DNA from: Podarcis cretensis
Taxonomy: Eukaryota
Assembly: GCA_951804945.1 (NCBI GenBank)
Contig: OX638150.1
Coordinates: 41,912,001-41,976,000, forward strand
Reading direction: 5' to 3'
DNA length: 64,000 bases
Shown here: positions 1-12,453 of the stretch, piece by piece
Layout: every line of letters starts with the position of its first letter
Numbering within the stretch: the first letter of the stretch is position 1
Program-made: the position numbers and the translations under genes
The notes under the pieces: generated by a model
Told to the model about the DNA's origin: nothing
Database searches by the model: none
Seen by the model: the letters and a program-made list of their open reading frames with translations, nothing else

Positions 1-1917
1 CACTGTGGAGTGAGAAGTGAATGAGGTCTGGCCTTGAGGAAGATTGTATTCGCAGCGTAGCTCATGTGGCAAAAGTTGTTCAACTCTTGCTTTGTTCAGA
101 AAATGGACCCTGTTTAAAATCAGTTGCCGGCTGAAGAACGGTGGGATGTGCCTCCTGCAAAACGCCTGTGAGATGTACCCTTTCAAAGCAGAATTGCATT
201 TATAAACTATTGTTCATTAACACATGCAGACATTCCCCATGGCACCGTGAAGTTTTAATAAACAGTATTGTAGGGGCCTCGAGAGATTTGCTTGAGGGAG
301 TCCAAAATGGCTTTCTTCATTATAAATTCTTGCTCTGGGAGCTTACACGAAGAGATAAACAAACCAGCAGCCCCCTTTTCTTCCCAAAGCAAATATTTTG
401 GAATAATTGTGAATCTGCAACAATAGGAAACATTATGTGGATGGCAGGTGGACTTCGCTAAATGTATCCTCTTTGGAGCAGTAGACTTTTATTGCCTTGG
501 CACAGAGCACAAAAGTTTACAAGCTCTCTCTCTCTCTCCCTTCCTCCCCCCACCCCCTGTTTTGTCTCCTTTCCTCTCTTTAAATTTTAAAGCAAGCTTG
601 AACGGACAGGAGGGGCTTGAGGCGAAGATAAAAAAAATATTTAATGGTGCACCAAATTTTCATGAGGTTTCGTTTTCGTTTTTATAACTGCCATTGCAAG
701 GGAATTTGGGAGAGTAAAAGAAGCCATGTTCCATTCTTGGACATACATTGTCTATACTATAGAAATACATATCTCTAGTTTATTCGCATGCAGTTACACA
801 TAAAAAGTTGGGATTGTGGAAGATGGCATCTCCCATGTTGGATGGGGGTGGAGAAGATGCATTGAGATTTTCTCAATGAGGATTCATCGGAGAGCCAATG
901 TGGTGTAGTGGTTTGAACATCATATTAGCTGTGGTTTAAATCCCTAGCCAAGCAAGTAGCCTTGGACCAGTCTTGGACCTTTCAGTCTAACTTAACTCAC
1001 TGGGTTGTCGTGAGGACAGAAGAGTTGGAGGCAAGGGTGAGATGTAGATGTCATTAATCCTTCACTTACTGAAAAAGCTCCAAAGTATGCTTGACAATCT
1101 TTGAGAAGCTCATGGCTCTTCCCATGTTGCTATCTGTCTATGTACTCCCTGATATCAAACGAGAAAAGAAAGCTCTTTTGTGTGGATGTTTTACATGCTG
1201 AAGAAAATTGACCAAACAGGAAACATTTAGGCATAGGTCAGTGGTGCAGTGGGGGGACAAGATAGGTTTCAAATTTGGGGCTGCTTGCAAAGAAAACCTA
1301 GCATAAAACAGAATGCACATTTGTTATGTAACAGAAGCAAGGTGACAATGCCCCATGGAAGCATTTTGAGCTTGGCTGCACATGTGTACAGGATGCTTGT
1401 AAAAAGGATGCAGCAATAACAAAAGCCCAGTTGCAGGAGTAAAGGAAAAGCACACTGAAAGCACACAATGTCCCAAAAGCATCCTAGAACCTGTAGTTTA
1501 AGTATGCTGGGAACCGTAGGGCTGTGAGGGGGCAAATGAGAATGCCCAGAATCCTTTGCAGGAAGCCTTTCACTTTAAATGTATGCTGTGAATGTTTGTC
1601 ATTATCAGTTCTTGGAAAGTTCATTTTTGAAAAAAGAATTAGTTCCAGTTCTAGTTTGGCCCCTCCAGAAAGGAACTAATTCGGTTGTTCCTGTAAAGAA
1701 TATACTTGAGAAGACTTGAGAATATATGGGACATTACTCACTATCAAAGTCAGCACATTTCTTCCCTAGTTACCTACTTGAAGAATAGAATGCAGGTCAC
1801 ACCATTAACCTAATCTCAGATTGCCAGCTCAGAATAGCTTATTGCAGGAGGAGAGAGGCTGTTTTATGGGGCCCTGACTCCTAGTGCTTGCCCATTTCGT
1901 CAGAAGAGTGAGGAAAA

Positions 1918-2508
1918 GGCCACACTACACCATACATATAAAGCACTATGCTCCCACTTTGAACAGTCATTGTTTTCCTGAAAGGATTTTGGGAGGTGGT
2001 GCTTGTTAAGAGTGTGGAGAGTTGCTTTGTTGTTTAGTCGTTTAGTCATGTCTGACTCTTCGTGACCCCATGGACCAGAGCATACCAGGCACTCCTGCCT
2101 CCCGCAGTTTGGTCAAACTCATGTTAGTAGCTTCCATGGAGTTTTCTTGGCAGGGATACTGGAGTAGCTTGCCAGTTCCTGCTCCAGGTGGATCATGTTT
2201 AGTCAAAACTCTCCACTATGCCCTGTCCATCTTGGGTGGCCCTGCACGGCATAGCTCATAGCTTCTCTGAGTTATTCAAGCCCCTCCGCCACGACAAGGC
2301 AGTGATCCATGAAGGAGAGTTGCTAGGAGACCCCTATTTTCCTCACAGAGCTATAATTCCCAGAATTCCCTGTGAATAGCTCTGGGAGAGGAATAGGGGT
2401 CTCTTAGCAACTCTGTAGCAAACTACACCTTCCCATAATTATTTAGGAGACACCATGATGTTTAAAGTGGTGGCATGGTGCTAGAAGATGTATGGTGTGA
2501 ATGTGGCC
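1918..2508. mobile_element. Old non-autonomous DNA transposon (MITE), interrupted by a BovB derivative
   Basis: Terminal inverted repeats GGCCACACTACACCATACAT (1918-) / ATGTATGGTGTGAATGTGGCC (-2508). Confidence 0.65.
2027..2313 (-). mobile_element. Short BovB (RTE-clade LINE) derivative
   Basis: BovB-type 3' end in reverse (GTTGTTTAGTCGTTTAGTCATGTCTGACTCTTCGTGACCCCATGGACCAG); 11-bp TSD GGAGAGTTGCT at 2016-2026 and 2314-2324. Confidence 0.8.
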
Positions 2509-5199
2509 AAAGGCAGTTCTGGCCTCTTTTTGTCCCTATTGGGTGTCCAATTGTTGAAGTTATTTCTCAGACAGAAAAAACACACGAGTCTGCGAAAGAG
2601 AAAGGCTTGTTTAATTCAGCCTACAGGAGCTGAGAATGCACTCCTAGCTTATTAACTTTAAAAAAAAGCAAGGTGGAATGAAAATTATTAGGAACTACTG
2701 GGCCCCTTCAGAAACTCCAGAACATTGTAGGTATATGTTTTAAAACAGACATTCTATACCAATAGAGTTTTATCTTTCCCAGAGGTGGGGGGAAGGATGC
2801 AAATCCAAATGACAATTTCATTTGTAACCTGGAGGTCTATAAGCTTTTCAACATCAGTTCAGTCAATACACAATTACTGAAAGGGGAGTTGTGGCTTAAT
2901 TGTCTATACAGAGGAGTGGCTGACCATCTTTTATAATGAAAACAATAACACCAACTTGTGAGTGCCATTATCTTTAAGTGTGAAGAATCCCAATTTAATC
3001 ATTTGTTGCATAGCTAAGTGAAGTCTTCATATCATCATAGCCACAAGGATTACAATATAAGTTCTCTCAGACATATGTTCTCATCTCTGTACATTTTTAA
3101 ATTACTATATATCCACACTCATGCTAATGTACTAATCCTATGAATACAAGTTAGTTCTTGTCCTTGTATTTTTCAAAATTCATGTTCACACATTAGATTT
3201 GGTGACACTTCCCCTTGAATTGCTGCACACTCCAACAGCACAGTCCTATAAGCTCCACGAGACTTACTCCAAGGTGAGTATAGGGTTGCAAATTCACTAA
3301 CTTTGCTTGGATTATAGTTTTGATTTTCTGTCTTATGAACTATTTCAAACAAAGCACATTCTTAAATAAGCTCGTAACTTTATAGAAGCATAGCGGTGCT
3401 GTCAAAGTTCATAATCACCTAATTAGGAAGATGAATTTGTACAGTTCATAATACTTGGTAGCATTACAGACTGAGCACCACTTCTTCCCCCTTACTTGGA
3501 AAGTAAAATGAGATTCTGAAAATGGATGGTCAGTGTTCTGCAGACCAGATACCCAAAGTGAGCTGTTTTGGAAGCCCGTGTTATTTAATGTTAAATTCCT
3601 TGTTCCTACTGAAATGCCCACCAGCTGCTGGGAAACTGCATGAACTATGAAGCCTGCTGCTTTATTTATTTTTTCCTGTTCTGCCATTTGACAACAAGAC
3701 CTTGTAGGTGCATTTTACAGAATTTCTTTCATTTATGTTTCTCTTCTCACTGAAACACTCATGGAGTGCTCTGAACAGAACATCCAGGCAAGCAGCCTTT
3801 TATCTGCTGAGCATCTTCTCTGTTTGCTCAGTTCTCTCACTCATTTCTTGTATGCGATTGTTGCCCACCATCACTAACCGCTCTTGGTCATAGAGGTATG
3901 TTTGTGTGTTTGTTTTGAGAGAACAGGTGGTTGAAGTTCCAAGCATCTTTCTACTGCGATGGACATTGGAAACTCCTAAGGGACAAAAGGAAAGGCCACA
4001 TGCATGCAGCAGTGAGCGTATATCAACAGTAAAAGCCTCGCAAGAAAACAGATGACCCCACCCCACCCTGCTCAAAGCACTTCCAAGAATTTGCAGATAC
4101 TATAGAGCTGATTCTGATTTCAACCAAAGGACCTGTCCATCACCACAGCCAAATTGTACAAGAGAGCTATCTCAACAACATTTTTTTTTGTTTAGAGGGA
4201 AGAGGCAGTTGCTTTTCAATAACTTCAATAGTACAAAACCTCTATTCTGTTTCACATTAATTTTGATTGGCTGAAAACTGGGTGTGGTGCAAGATACCCT
4301 CCCCCAATACTGTAAGTGCGTTGCCATAGCAACACACAGCTGCTCCCTGTGCACCTTCATGCTCCCAAATTCCATTTTCCATGGGTGTTGAAAATGGAGG
4401 GTAAGCACATTTCAAGGGATTCAAATCATTATTTACAATTATTTTGGTGAGGCCTCGCCTCTCCAATCAATTATTGCTGGCTAAGCCTAGAGAGGGCAAG
4501 GGAGCAAGAAGGATTTATGGGGCCTGCTTCCCTAACAAGCCCAGCCACAGCAAGGGAAGAGAAGGGGAAGGGAATCTGAAAGGGCATTCTTTGAATGCTG
4601 TGTCACATCAAGGGAAGCAGCTATGGGCTTCCTTCTTTCTTTCTGAACTTACACTGTGGGGGATGAAGAGAAGGGTTGGGGAAGGCTGTGAATGTAAGAG
4701 GAAGAGAGGGTGAAGGGAGGAAGTCACACAGGTGCTGGCATCTCTGAAACAGGAAAGGGTCAGATAGTCGGTGTTATTCCTTGGAAACACATGCATCATA
4801 AGGATCAACCAGGCTTTGTTTGTGTGTATCTGTGTGCTTGGTCTTAGGAAGATTTGCTATATGTTCTATCACATATAAAGGGTTGGACTGGAGATGAAAT
4901 GAAACTGTTTGGCAGACCCTGCCATTTCATAATTAAAAGCTCAGGCTGCATTACAGATAACAGGGCTGCTCTGTATTCATAAGTGTTCTGAAATTCAAGC
5001 ATCACGTCTCAAGAGATGTTGCCACCTAACTCTGCAAAAGCAGAGGCTTCCCAAACACCACCTCCCTCTCTCTCCTTCTGAGAGTGCACCTCAACAAGGC
5101 AAAAAGTCCTGTTCTCGCTACTCTCTCTGCATATGGCACCCATAGTTTTGAGTGAGTTGGTGATGAATTGCAGCAAAGGGTGCCACGAGCACAGACCCT

Positions 5200-5990
5200 C
5201 ATTGGAATGCCAAAACCACTTCCGCCCTGCAGAGGAGGTGGGATTGTGGGCGTCACGACCCCACCATGCGCGCTGCAGCTGGAGCCCAGCCCCCGCATGA
5301 TTGGAGGAATCCCTGGCCGCATCACCCCCTGGCCAGCCAATCGTCTGGCTCTGGGGGTGTGGCCTGCCCTATTTAATGCAAGCGTGGCTGGGGATCTCCC
5401 TCTTTTCCCGCCTACCAGCTGTTCCTGTTTCCCACCCTCCCACCTTTTAAGGTTTTCATTCCTTGACCTTGCTATGGACCTTGGTTGGTCGCTGTTGAGG
5501 GACCTGGTAGGAATTTTCTCACTTGGCAAATTGGCACCAGCCACTTGGTTTTCGCCTACCTCGTAGCAAATCGTCACAACTTTCTTGGTATTGGTGGTTA
5601 GGCATTGGTATTGGTATTGTTTTATAGATGGAAGAGGGGAGGAAGCACATCACCTGCCCTGCATATTGAAGGGTAGTCCAATAAAGTATTCCGGGGGGCG
5701 TGGCCCTGTCCGAAGCCTCTGGAGGTGAGGGCCTAAGGCACACCCCCGAGCGGTGACCCCGGGGGAGTTCCTAGTTGATGTGCATCAGCAGGACTCCCCC
5801 TACTGGTGGTTTACCCTTCCCGGACTTCAAGCAAACAGGCTGAAGCTGGATAGTCTGTTAGGAGCAATGCCTAAGCCAATACTGCTCATCACCTGTAACC
5901 AATAAAGTTGTGGCCTTATTTAGCCCATTAACCTTAATAATTGTGTCATATGTCTTTATTTCCGGGGGGGGGGGGGGACTCGCCACGCAA
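5200..5990 (+). mobile_element. LTR-like terminal-repeat remnant, probably of a DIRS/Ngaro (tyrosine-recombinase) retrotransposon; left boundary approximate
   Basis: CpG-rich; shares ordered blocks with 55987-56839 (GGTCGCTGTT, CGTAGCAAAwCGTCACAACTTT, CAATGCCTrAGCCAA, AATAAAGTTGTGGCC, terminal CCACGCAA); no TSD seen. Superfamily assignment is inference. Confidence 0.55.
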
Positions 5991-8900
5991 TGAACCAGTA
6001 GATGGTGCCAGGGTGGGGTGGGGGCATCTCACTCAGCATTTTGTTCCCCAGTAGCCAGCCAGATGCCTATGGGCAGCCTACAAGCAGGTCCAGAGTGCAG
6101 CAATGCTCCATTGCTCAGCAACTAGCCTTTCAGAGGTCTATCAGCAGTGGAGATACAACAAAGCCATCATAGCTAATAGCCATTGGCAGCATGATCCTCC
6201 ATGAACTTCTCTAATCTCTGCTTAATAAGAACTATCTGCACAAGCTTTTTACATCTTCAACGTCCACATTGTTCCTTCTTTATGTCCACTCGGGGGCTGA
6301 GACCAAAATCAATTGCTTTCTCCGATAATATCCACTCCCTCCCCTGTCAGATGCAAGCCCTTCCCCAATGCTCGATGGTGCAGTGTGATTTCCCAGTGCC
6401 ATCTCTGTCTCCTCCACTTTCCTTCTTCCTTTCATGAACTCATCCGTTGCACTCAGTGGCAAAGTTTTGTTGTGCACCTCAAACAATGTCAGGCTCGGCA
6501 GAGTGCTTTGCATTACACACATATAAAAAATTTCTTCCCTGATACACAAGAGATCGCTCACAACCTGACAGCAGAGAAAAAGATGTGATGCATCTTGCAA
6601 ACAATGGAGTTGTTGGGGAGAGGGGTTGCAGCATCAGCGGAAAGCTTAAATTGGCTCCCTGGTGACAGCGCATAGAGCTGCAAGCGCTGCTCGGCTTCAT
6701 AAGAATTCTGGTCTGGTCTGTCCTCTTCGCATGATGGGGTGAGCGGAGATTAGCATTATGAAGGAATTGCCCCATCCAACACGTCTGCATTCATTACCAA
6801 AGCATTTATTAGGGATAAAGAAACCCAAATGGATATGTTGTGGAATGAACATTCAAAGGGCTCGAGCAGATGAAGTTAGCAGATAAAGATGTATCCCCTC
6901 TCCAGGGCTGCCGTGCAAACACATGTCTGCCCATAGATGGTTCTGCCAACATGGCTTCCAGAACAGATTACACACCTCAGCATCCTGATGGCAGTGAATG
7001 TACTGCCTGTGCTCCATGGGGGTTTGAGACAGGGCACCACTCCCAGAACAACGCCCATGGGATTGGCAGAAACCAGAGCATGGCAGTCAAGGTCTCTGAA
7101 AATGCTCAAAGGGTCCATGATTGCAGTGACAGGAGAAGAATTCAGAGGTCACGATCTGCCAGACCGTAAAAGTGGTCCATTGGGATCCTGCACCTGGGAT
7201 CAGCATCTCTACTTCAACAGGAAGCTTTTGTAGGCAGGTCTTGAAACCAGCATATTGCCTAGCATATAGGGTATTATTAGTCTCTTCCCAGTTAGGAATG
7301 CAGAGTGGATCTGGTGTGGTTTGCATGCACACATGCACATGCACACACACACTTCTTGGTAGCAAACAGTGACCCACATGCAACAGAACTTGGGGAAGAA
7401 TGGGAGAGACTCCTGATCCCAAATCTACAGGTTATCAACACAAATAAGTGGAAAGCGGGTCTGAAACTCAATACTCTGCCTCAATATTTCTTACTTACTT
7501 GCTAATTGACACACTAATTTGATAAAAAGCAAACATTTCTTCTCATTGCTGCAGTGTAGTCTGCTTGCTCAGCGCAACTGTTACTTGTTACTTTGGCCCA
7601 TTAGCAGCATTTTGCAAGGAGTCTAAGGGCAGGGAAGGGCTCTTTGCTAATTGATTTGGGAAATGTGCCTAATGCATGGCAGAGTCAGTGCAACTTAGGC
7701 TGCTGAGCGAGGCATTGGGCAACCCAGGAAACTTTTAGGCTCCCACCCACCAGCCTAATTTTGCCTCCTGCATTGCTTTGCTAGTTTGTTTGAATGCCAG
7801 AGGCCTTCAGAGACTAGGGAGATCTCTAGGTCCACTCTTTCCTTGGTATCACTTTCTTTGACGGCTTCCAGGATGTTGCTGTTTTCTGGTTCCCCCATGT
7901 GCAAAAAAATCCACTTCCCCCTAAAATCAGACATTTTGTGATAAGGAAAGCAAAGGGGAAATGTACTTAAAAGTGTAGGATGACAATTGCTTGAAACAGC
8001 ATTGAGTAGGGATATAAGAAGGTATTGATTTCTGTTCCAATGCATGTAAGTTGCATGCAGCACTGTTTCCATTCCACTGCAGTTTGGCTACTGTCAAAGC
8101 TATGTTACTTGTCTCACCATCCACTGTGGCAGAATCTTAAGTAACAAATTATGTTATTGTGATGTTATTCTACACCATTCATTTCAATGCAAAGGAAATG
8201 CATTTGTGTGCCTTTTGAGGACTGAAAACAGCAACAATAGCCCTGGGAGACCAGGGCACAAATCCATACTCAGCAATGAAGCTCACTGGGTGACCTTGGG
8301 CCATTCACGCACCTTCAGCCTCTGTTAGACACCTTTTGCCCACCCCCATATACGCATATATAGTTGGTGCTTGAGCGCGCATACATATATACACAGGCCT
8401 AAAAAAGTCTCCTTTTTCATTGTTCGTCTCTCCTCTGTTATGGGTAGCCTGGCATTTTATGTTCCACCCCTCCCATAAAGCAGGAAGGAATTACAAAGGG
8501 TTCAGCATAAGTCTTTGCCTGGTGGCACTGGAGACCATTAAATGCATAGCATGGCATTAGGCTGCTGCTTCTGGTAATAAAGAACAAATGTGTGAGAGTT
8601 CTGGCGAGAGCTGGGATTTAGCAAACACAGGGCTGCTAGCGTCACAGGCCTGCTTGGCTATTATGATTCAGGGGTAAATAATTCCCACGAATCATTTGTC
8701 TACATTGTCTGGAGAGAATGCTGTGGAATAATTTGAAGACGGGAAATGTTCAGGATGTGAAGTATGCACCGCCGAGTGCATTGTACCCAGCTTAGCGTCT
8801 TCTCGCCTTTGTTTGGCCCTCGTTACGGAGAGATCTGCATGGTTTGAACTTAAAATATGAGTGTGATTATCCAATCCAAATAAAAACCTCCGCAGAATAG

Positions 8901-9781
8901 GAAATACTATTTCATAGCTGCCTAGGGCAAGGCTATGAATGGCTTCTCTGGAGCTGAAGGAAGGGGTGGGAAAGGGAAGAGGGTCTCACAAGGAAGCGTC
9001 TCCTGCAGAGTCATCAGTGACACTTCAAGAATAGGCAGCACCACATTTAAATAAGCCAAGTCTTGTTTATGCAAAATCAGGACAGAATTGTGTGGCGGGT
9101 CTTTTTTTGCTTGCCACACAGAGCTAATTGGGGATCTATCATCAGTCAGATCTGCTGCATGAGCCTTATCGGTATAATAGCTAGTGAGATTGTCAAAATA
9201 AATAAAGCATTGCCAAAGTGCAAACTCTTTACCTCCATGCTATCAGAAGAAAGTATCCAAAGTAAGAAGGTTCTAAATGGGAGAGAAGTCATCTTTGACT
9301 TCATCTCCTCCTCCTCCTCCCCCTCCTCCTCCTCCTCTTCTTTTTGGTGGGTAGACATTTAAATAGGGGAATGTGGGGAGTGATATCCTGCCATGCCTTT
9401 CACCACATGACCCTGGGAGGGCAGTGCATCAGTCCTGCGGACTTCACACGTCATGGCTGACAGAAGGCATGGAGGCGGGAGGGATGTTTCACCCTTTCCT
9501 TCCTCCTTGGATGTGCAGGATTCTTTTCATTTTCTTCATTATTTTGAACTGCCTTTCTTCTGGGTGGCACTCTAGCAGTTGTCCATATTTAAACAAAAAA
9601 AATCATAGATTCAGCACAAGCATTCTTTGTTGCTGAATCTTTGATTATTAAAACATTGCATTTTTAAGGGTTTCTGTTTTACTAGCTATTTGCTGTTTCC
9701 TCTTCCAAGTCTGTGATCCATCAGAATGTCACGCTACAGACATTCTGACAGAGGAATGGATGTGCAATCTAGGTTATTAAA

Positions 9782-9812
<31 letters not shown>

Positions 9813-11311
9813 CCCCTTTAAAGCCGCAGTGCAATAAAATAAGGAATAACATAGAATTAAACACTGTGAATGGGAAACACCTGTTTGAAGGTGGCTAGTG
9901 GCTAGCAATCTGCTAACTCCCAGCATGGCCAGTCATCTCTATCCACATGGGAAGCTATGAGTGTGCATGTGATTGTCTGTCATAATTTTGCTTCCACATG
10001 TCACTCATCACAACTACAGGGAGTCCTCATAGATTCCTGATTCTAATTTTTCTAAATTAATATCTTTGCAAGGGCAAGGGCAATCAAATTCCATGTTTTA
10101 AAGCTCACTGTTCAGTTTAGATTGTGATGCTGCCTTGAATGGAATAAACCCCAAACTACATTGTCTTCTGCTTAATTTCCAAGACAGATTCAAGTAGCCA
10201 GTTATTGCTTAAATCACTTAGGAGTGAGGCGTTTAAAGGGCACCTTCTCCTATCACTTGTGGGTCCTGGAGAAGCCGCAACACTTACCGAGATGCAGCTG
10301 GTGGATGCTGAGATGCCTGGTCTTCAGCATTCCCTGCTTCATATGCTTCTTTCCTTGTTGACGTTCCAGCATTTGCTAAAGACCATAGTGTTTCAAAGCA
10401 CATTTGAACAATGATTGAACTGCTAACCTCTCTATAATAATGAGGCTGTGCAGATTGCATTGTTTATTTTTGCACTGTTCTTAATGATCTATTGTCATAG
10501 CCTTGAGCATTCCTTAAATGGAAGGGACACTGCAGGATATAAACATTTAAATAAATGGATGGATGGATGAAACCCAGTATTTCAGATAATCTCTTGCGTG
10601 CAGAATGCTGTTCTGAGGAACTGCGAGCACAAGAAATATAATGCAATCAATAAAAGAGGTAGATTTATTCCTGCAACATCACTATGCAGCCACACTGTCA
10701 TATCTAATGCATCAGCTGAGGAAAAGAAGCTGTCACATGGCCAAAGACAGACTTGCCAAATGAGTTTCCATTTGGTACCTTGGACAGTGCCTGCCTTCCT
10801 AGGCATGGGGTTTTCTCTTAGCCACAGGAAGGACACCTGCTGAATGCACAACAACTTCTACTGCCGATAACTCCCCAAAGACTTAGCTTTCTGTCAACTA
10901 ACTCCCTTTAAAAAATACATTTAAGAAGCAAAACTAAAAATATACACTACTGGATTCCTATGGATGTGTGCAGAAGTTTATTTCCATGAGAAAAATGGAG
11001 TGGTTCTCCCTTACCTCTGCCATGGTCCTAGTTCTCACCCTGCACTCATCCCTTGAAATTACCTAATAGAGAAGAGGGACTTCAACAAGGATGGAATAAA
11101 ACTATTCTGGAGTCTATTTCACTCCTAAAGGGAACTCCTCCAGCAGTAGCATATAACTGCAACAACTTAAACAATTGTTCATCCATATATCCTCTGCAAC
11201 TTTGCCAAAGAGAATAGATTTCACATCTTCTGTTGGCAGTTTGTTCCATCGCTGAAATGTTCCCACAGGAAAAAAAGCTGCAAAAATAACTTCCTGTAAC
11301 TGAATGCAACT

Positions 11312-11312
<1 letters not shown>

Positions 11313-11363
<51 letters not shown>
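11313..11363. repeat. (TTAG)n microsatellite
   Basis: About 12 units. Confidence 0.95.
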
Positions 11364-11839
11364 TTGGTGTGGGGGACACAAGTTTGAAATGACCCACCTT
11401 TTGACAGGAAGTCTGGTTAGGGATGTAGAAAACAAAGGTCAGAGGAGCCCGTTCATATAGATTTTCAATGTTAAAAATATGTGACCCTTATAATTTACCA
11501 GAAAGTAAGACCCAGTCAGCTCCATGATGCTTTCCCAGGAAACATGTTTATAATTAAATGTTCTTACTAGAATATTAAAAGCAAAGGCATAGGAGTCAAA
11601 ATTCATGGCAGGTGCAGGCATATGATTGATACCTACCTACAGGTGTGATGATCTCTATTCTTTAATCCAACTGCTCAGGAAACTAAAAGACCAGCAACAG
11701 AACGTTCACTGAGGAAATGCCAGTTTGACTGAAAATCAAACCTCTCTCATACCTGAAGGATGGAAAGAGGCTTGCTGAGCTCTGGGAAACATGAAGTCTG
11801 GGACAGCAGAGAACCAGTCTCTCTCCTCTTAGGCATTAG

Positions 11840-12055
11840 AATAAAGCTGTCGTGTTGCTCTCTCAATCTTCTTTTCTCCAAGTTGAGCATACCCAGTCTT
11901 TGCCATCTTTCTTCAGAAGGCTTTTTTTCTATATTCCTAAGCATTTTTGCTTACCCTTCTCAGGCCCTGTTCCAATTTGTCAATATCCCTTCTTAGCGTA
12001 GGGCACCCAGAAGTGGGCATCGTATTCCTGATGAGGACTTCAGAATGTAGGAATA
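11840..12055 (-). mobile_element. Degraded CR1 ORF2 fragment
   Basis: Minus-strand translation KPSEERWQRLGMLNLEKRRLR resembles CR1 ORF2 C-terminal PYEERLRELGMFSLEKRRLR seen at ~22.5 kb. Confidence 0.7.
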
Positions 12056-12206
12056 AGGGCCATAGAGCATCTGCTTTGCATACAGAAGGTCTCAAGCTTC
12101 AATCTATTGAATCTCCAGGTAGGGTTTGGAGAGACGCCTTCCCTGGAGGACTTCAGTCAGTGCAGATAATATTCAACTCGATGGACCAATGGTACTCAGT
12201 ACATTG

Positions 12207-12453
12207 AAGAAGAAGAAGAGTTTGGATTTGATATCCCGCCTTTCACTCCCTTTAAGGAGTCTCAAAGTGGCTAACATTCTCCTTTCCCTTCCTCCCCCAC
12301 AACAAACACTCTGTGAGGTGAGTGGGGCTGAGAGACTTCAAAGAAATGTGACTGGCCCAAGGTCACTCAGCAGCTGCATGTGGAGGAGCGGGGAAGCGAA
12401 CCCGGTTCACCAGATTACGAGTCTACCGCTCTTAACCACTACACCACACTGGC
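12207..12453 (-). mobile_element. tRNA-headed SINE with (CTT)n tail (Squam3-type)
   Basis: Near-identical to copies at 24127 and 26409; A box TGGTGTAGTGG and B-box-like GGTTCGCTTCC on minus; TSD ACATTG (12201-12206 / 12454-12459). Confidence 0.85.

Noticed and set aside
5026-5577. 183-aa and 132-aa ORFs here, and the 177-aa ORF at 56150
   Set aside because: GC-rich repeat sequence; the two related elements share nucleotide/structure blocks but no convincing common peptide.
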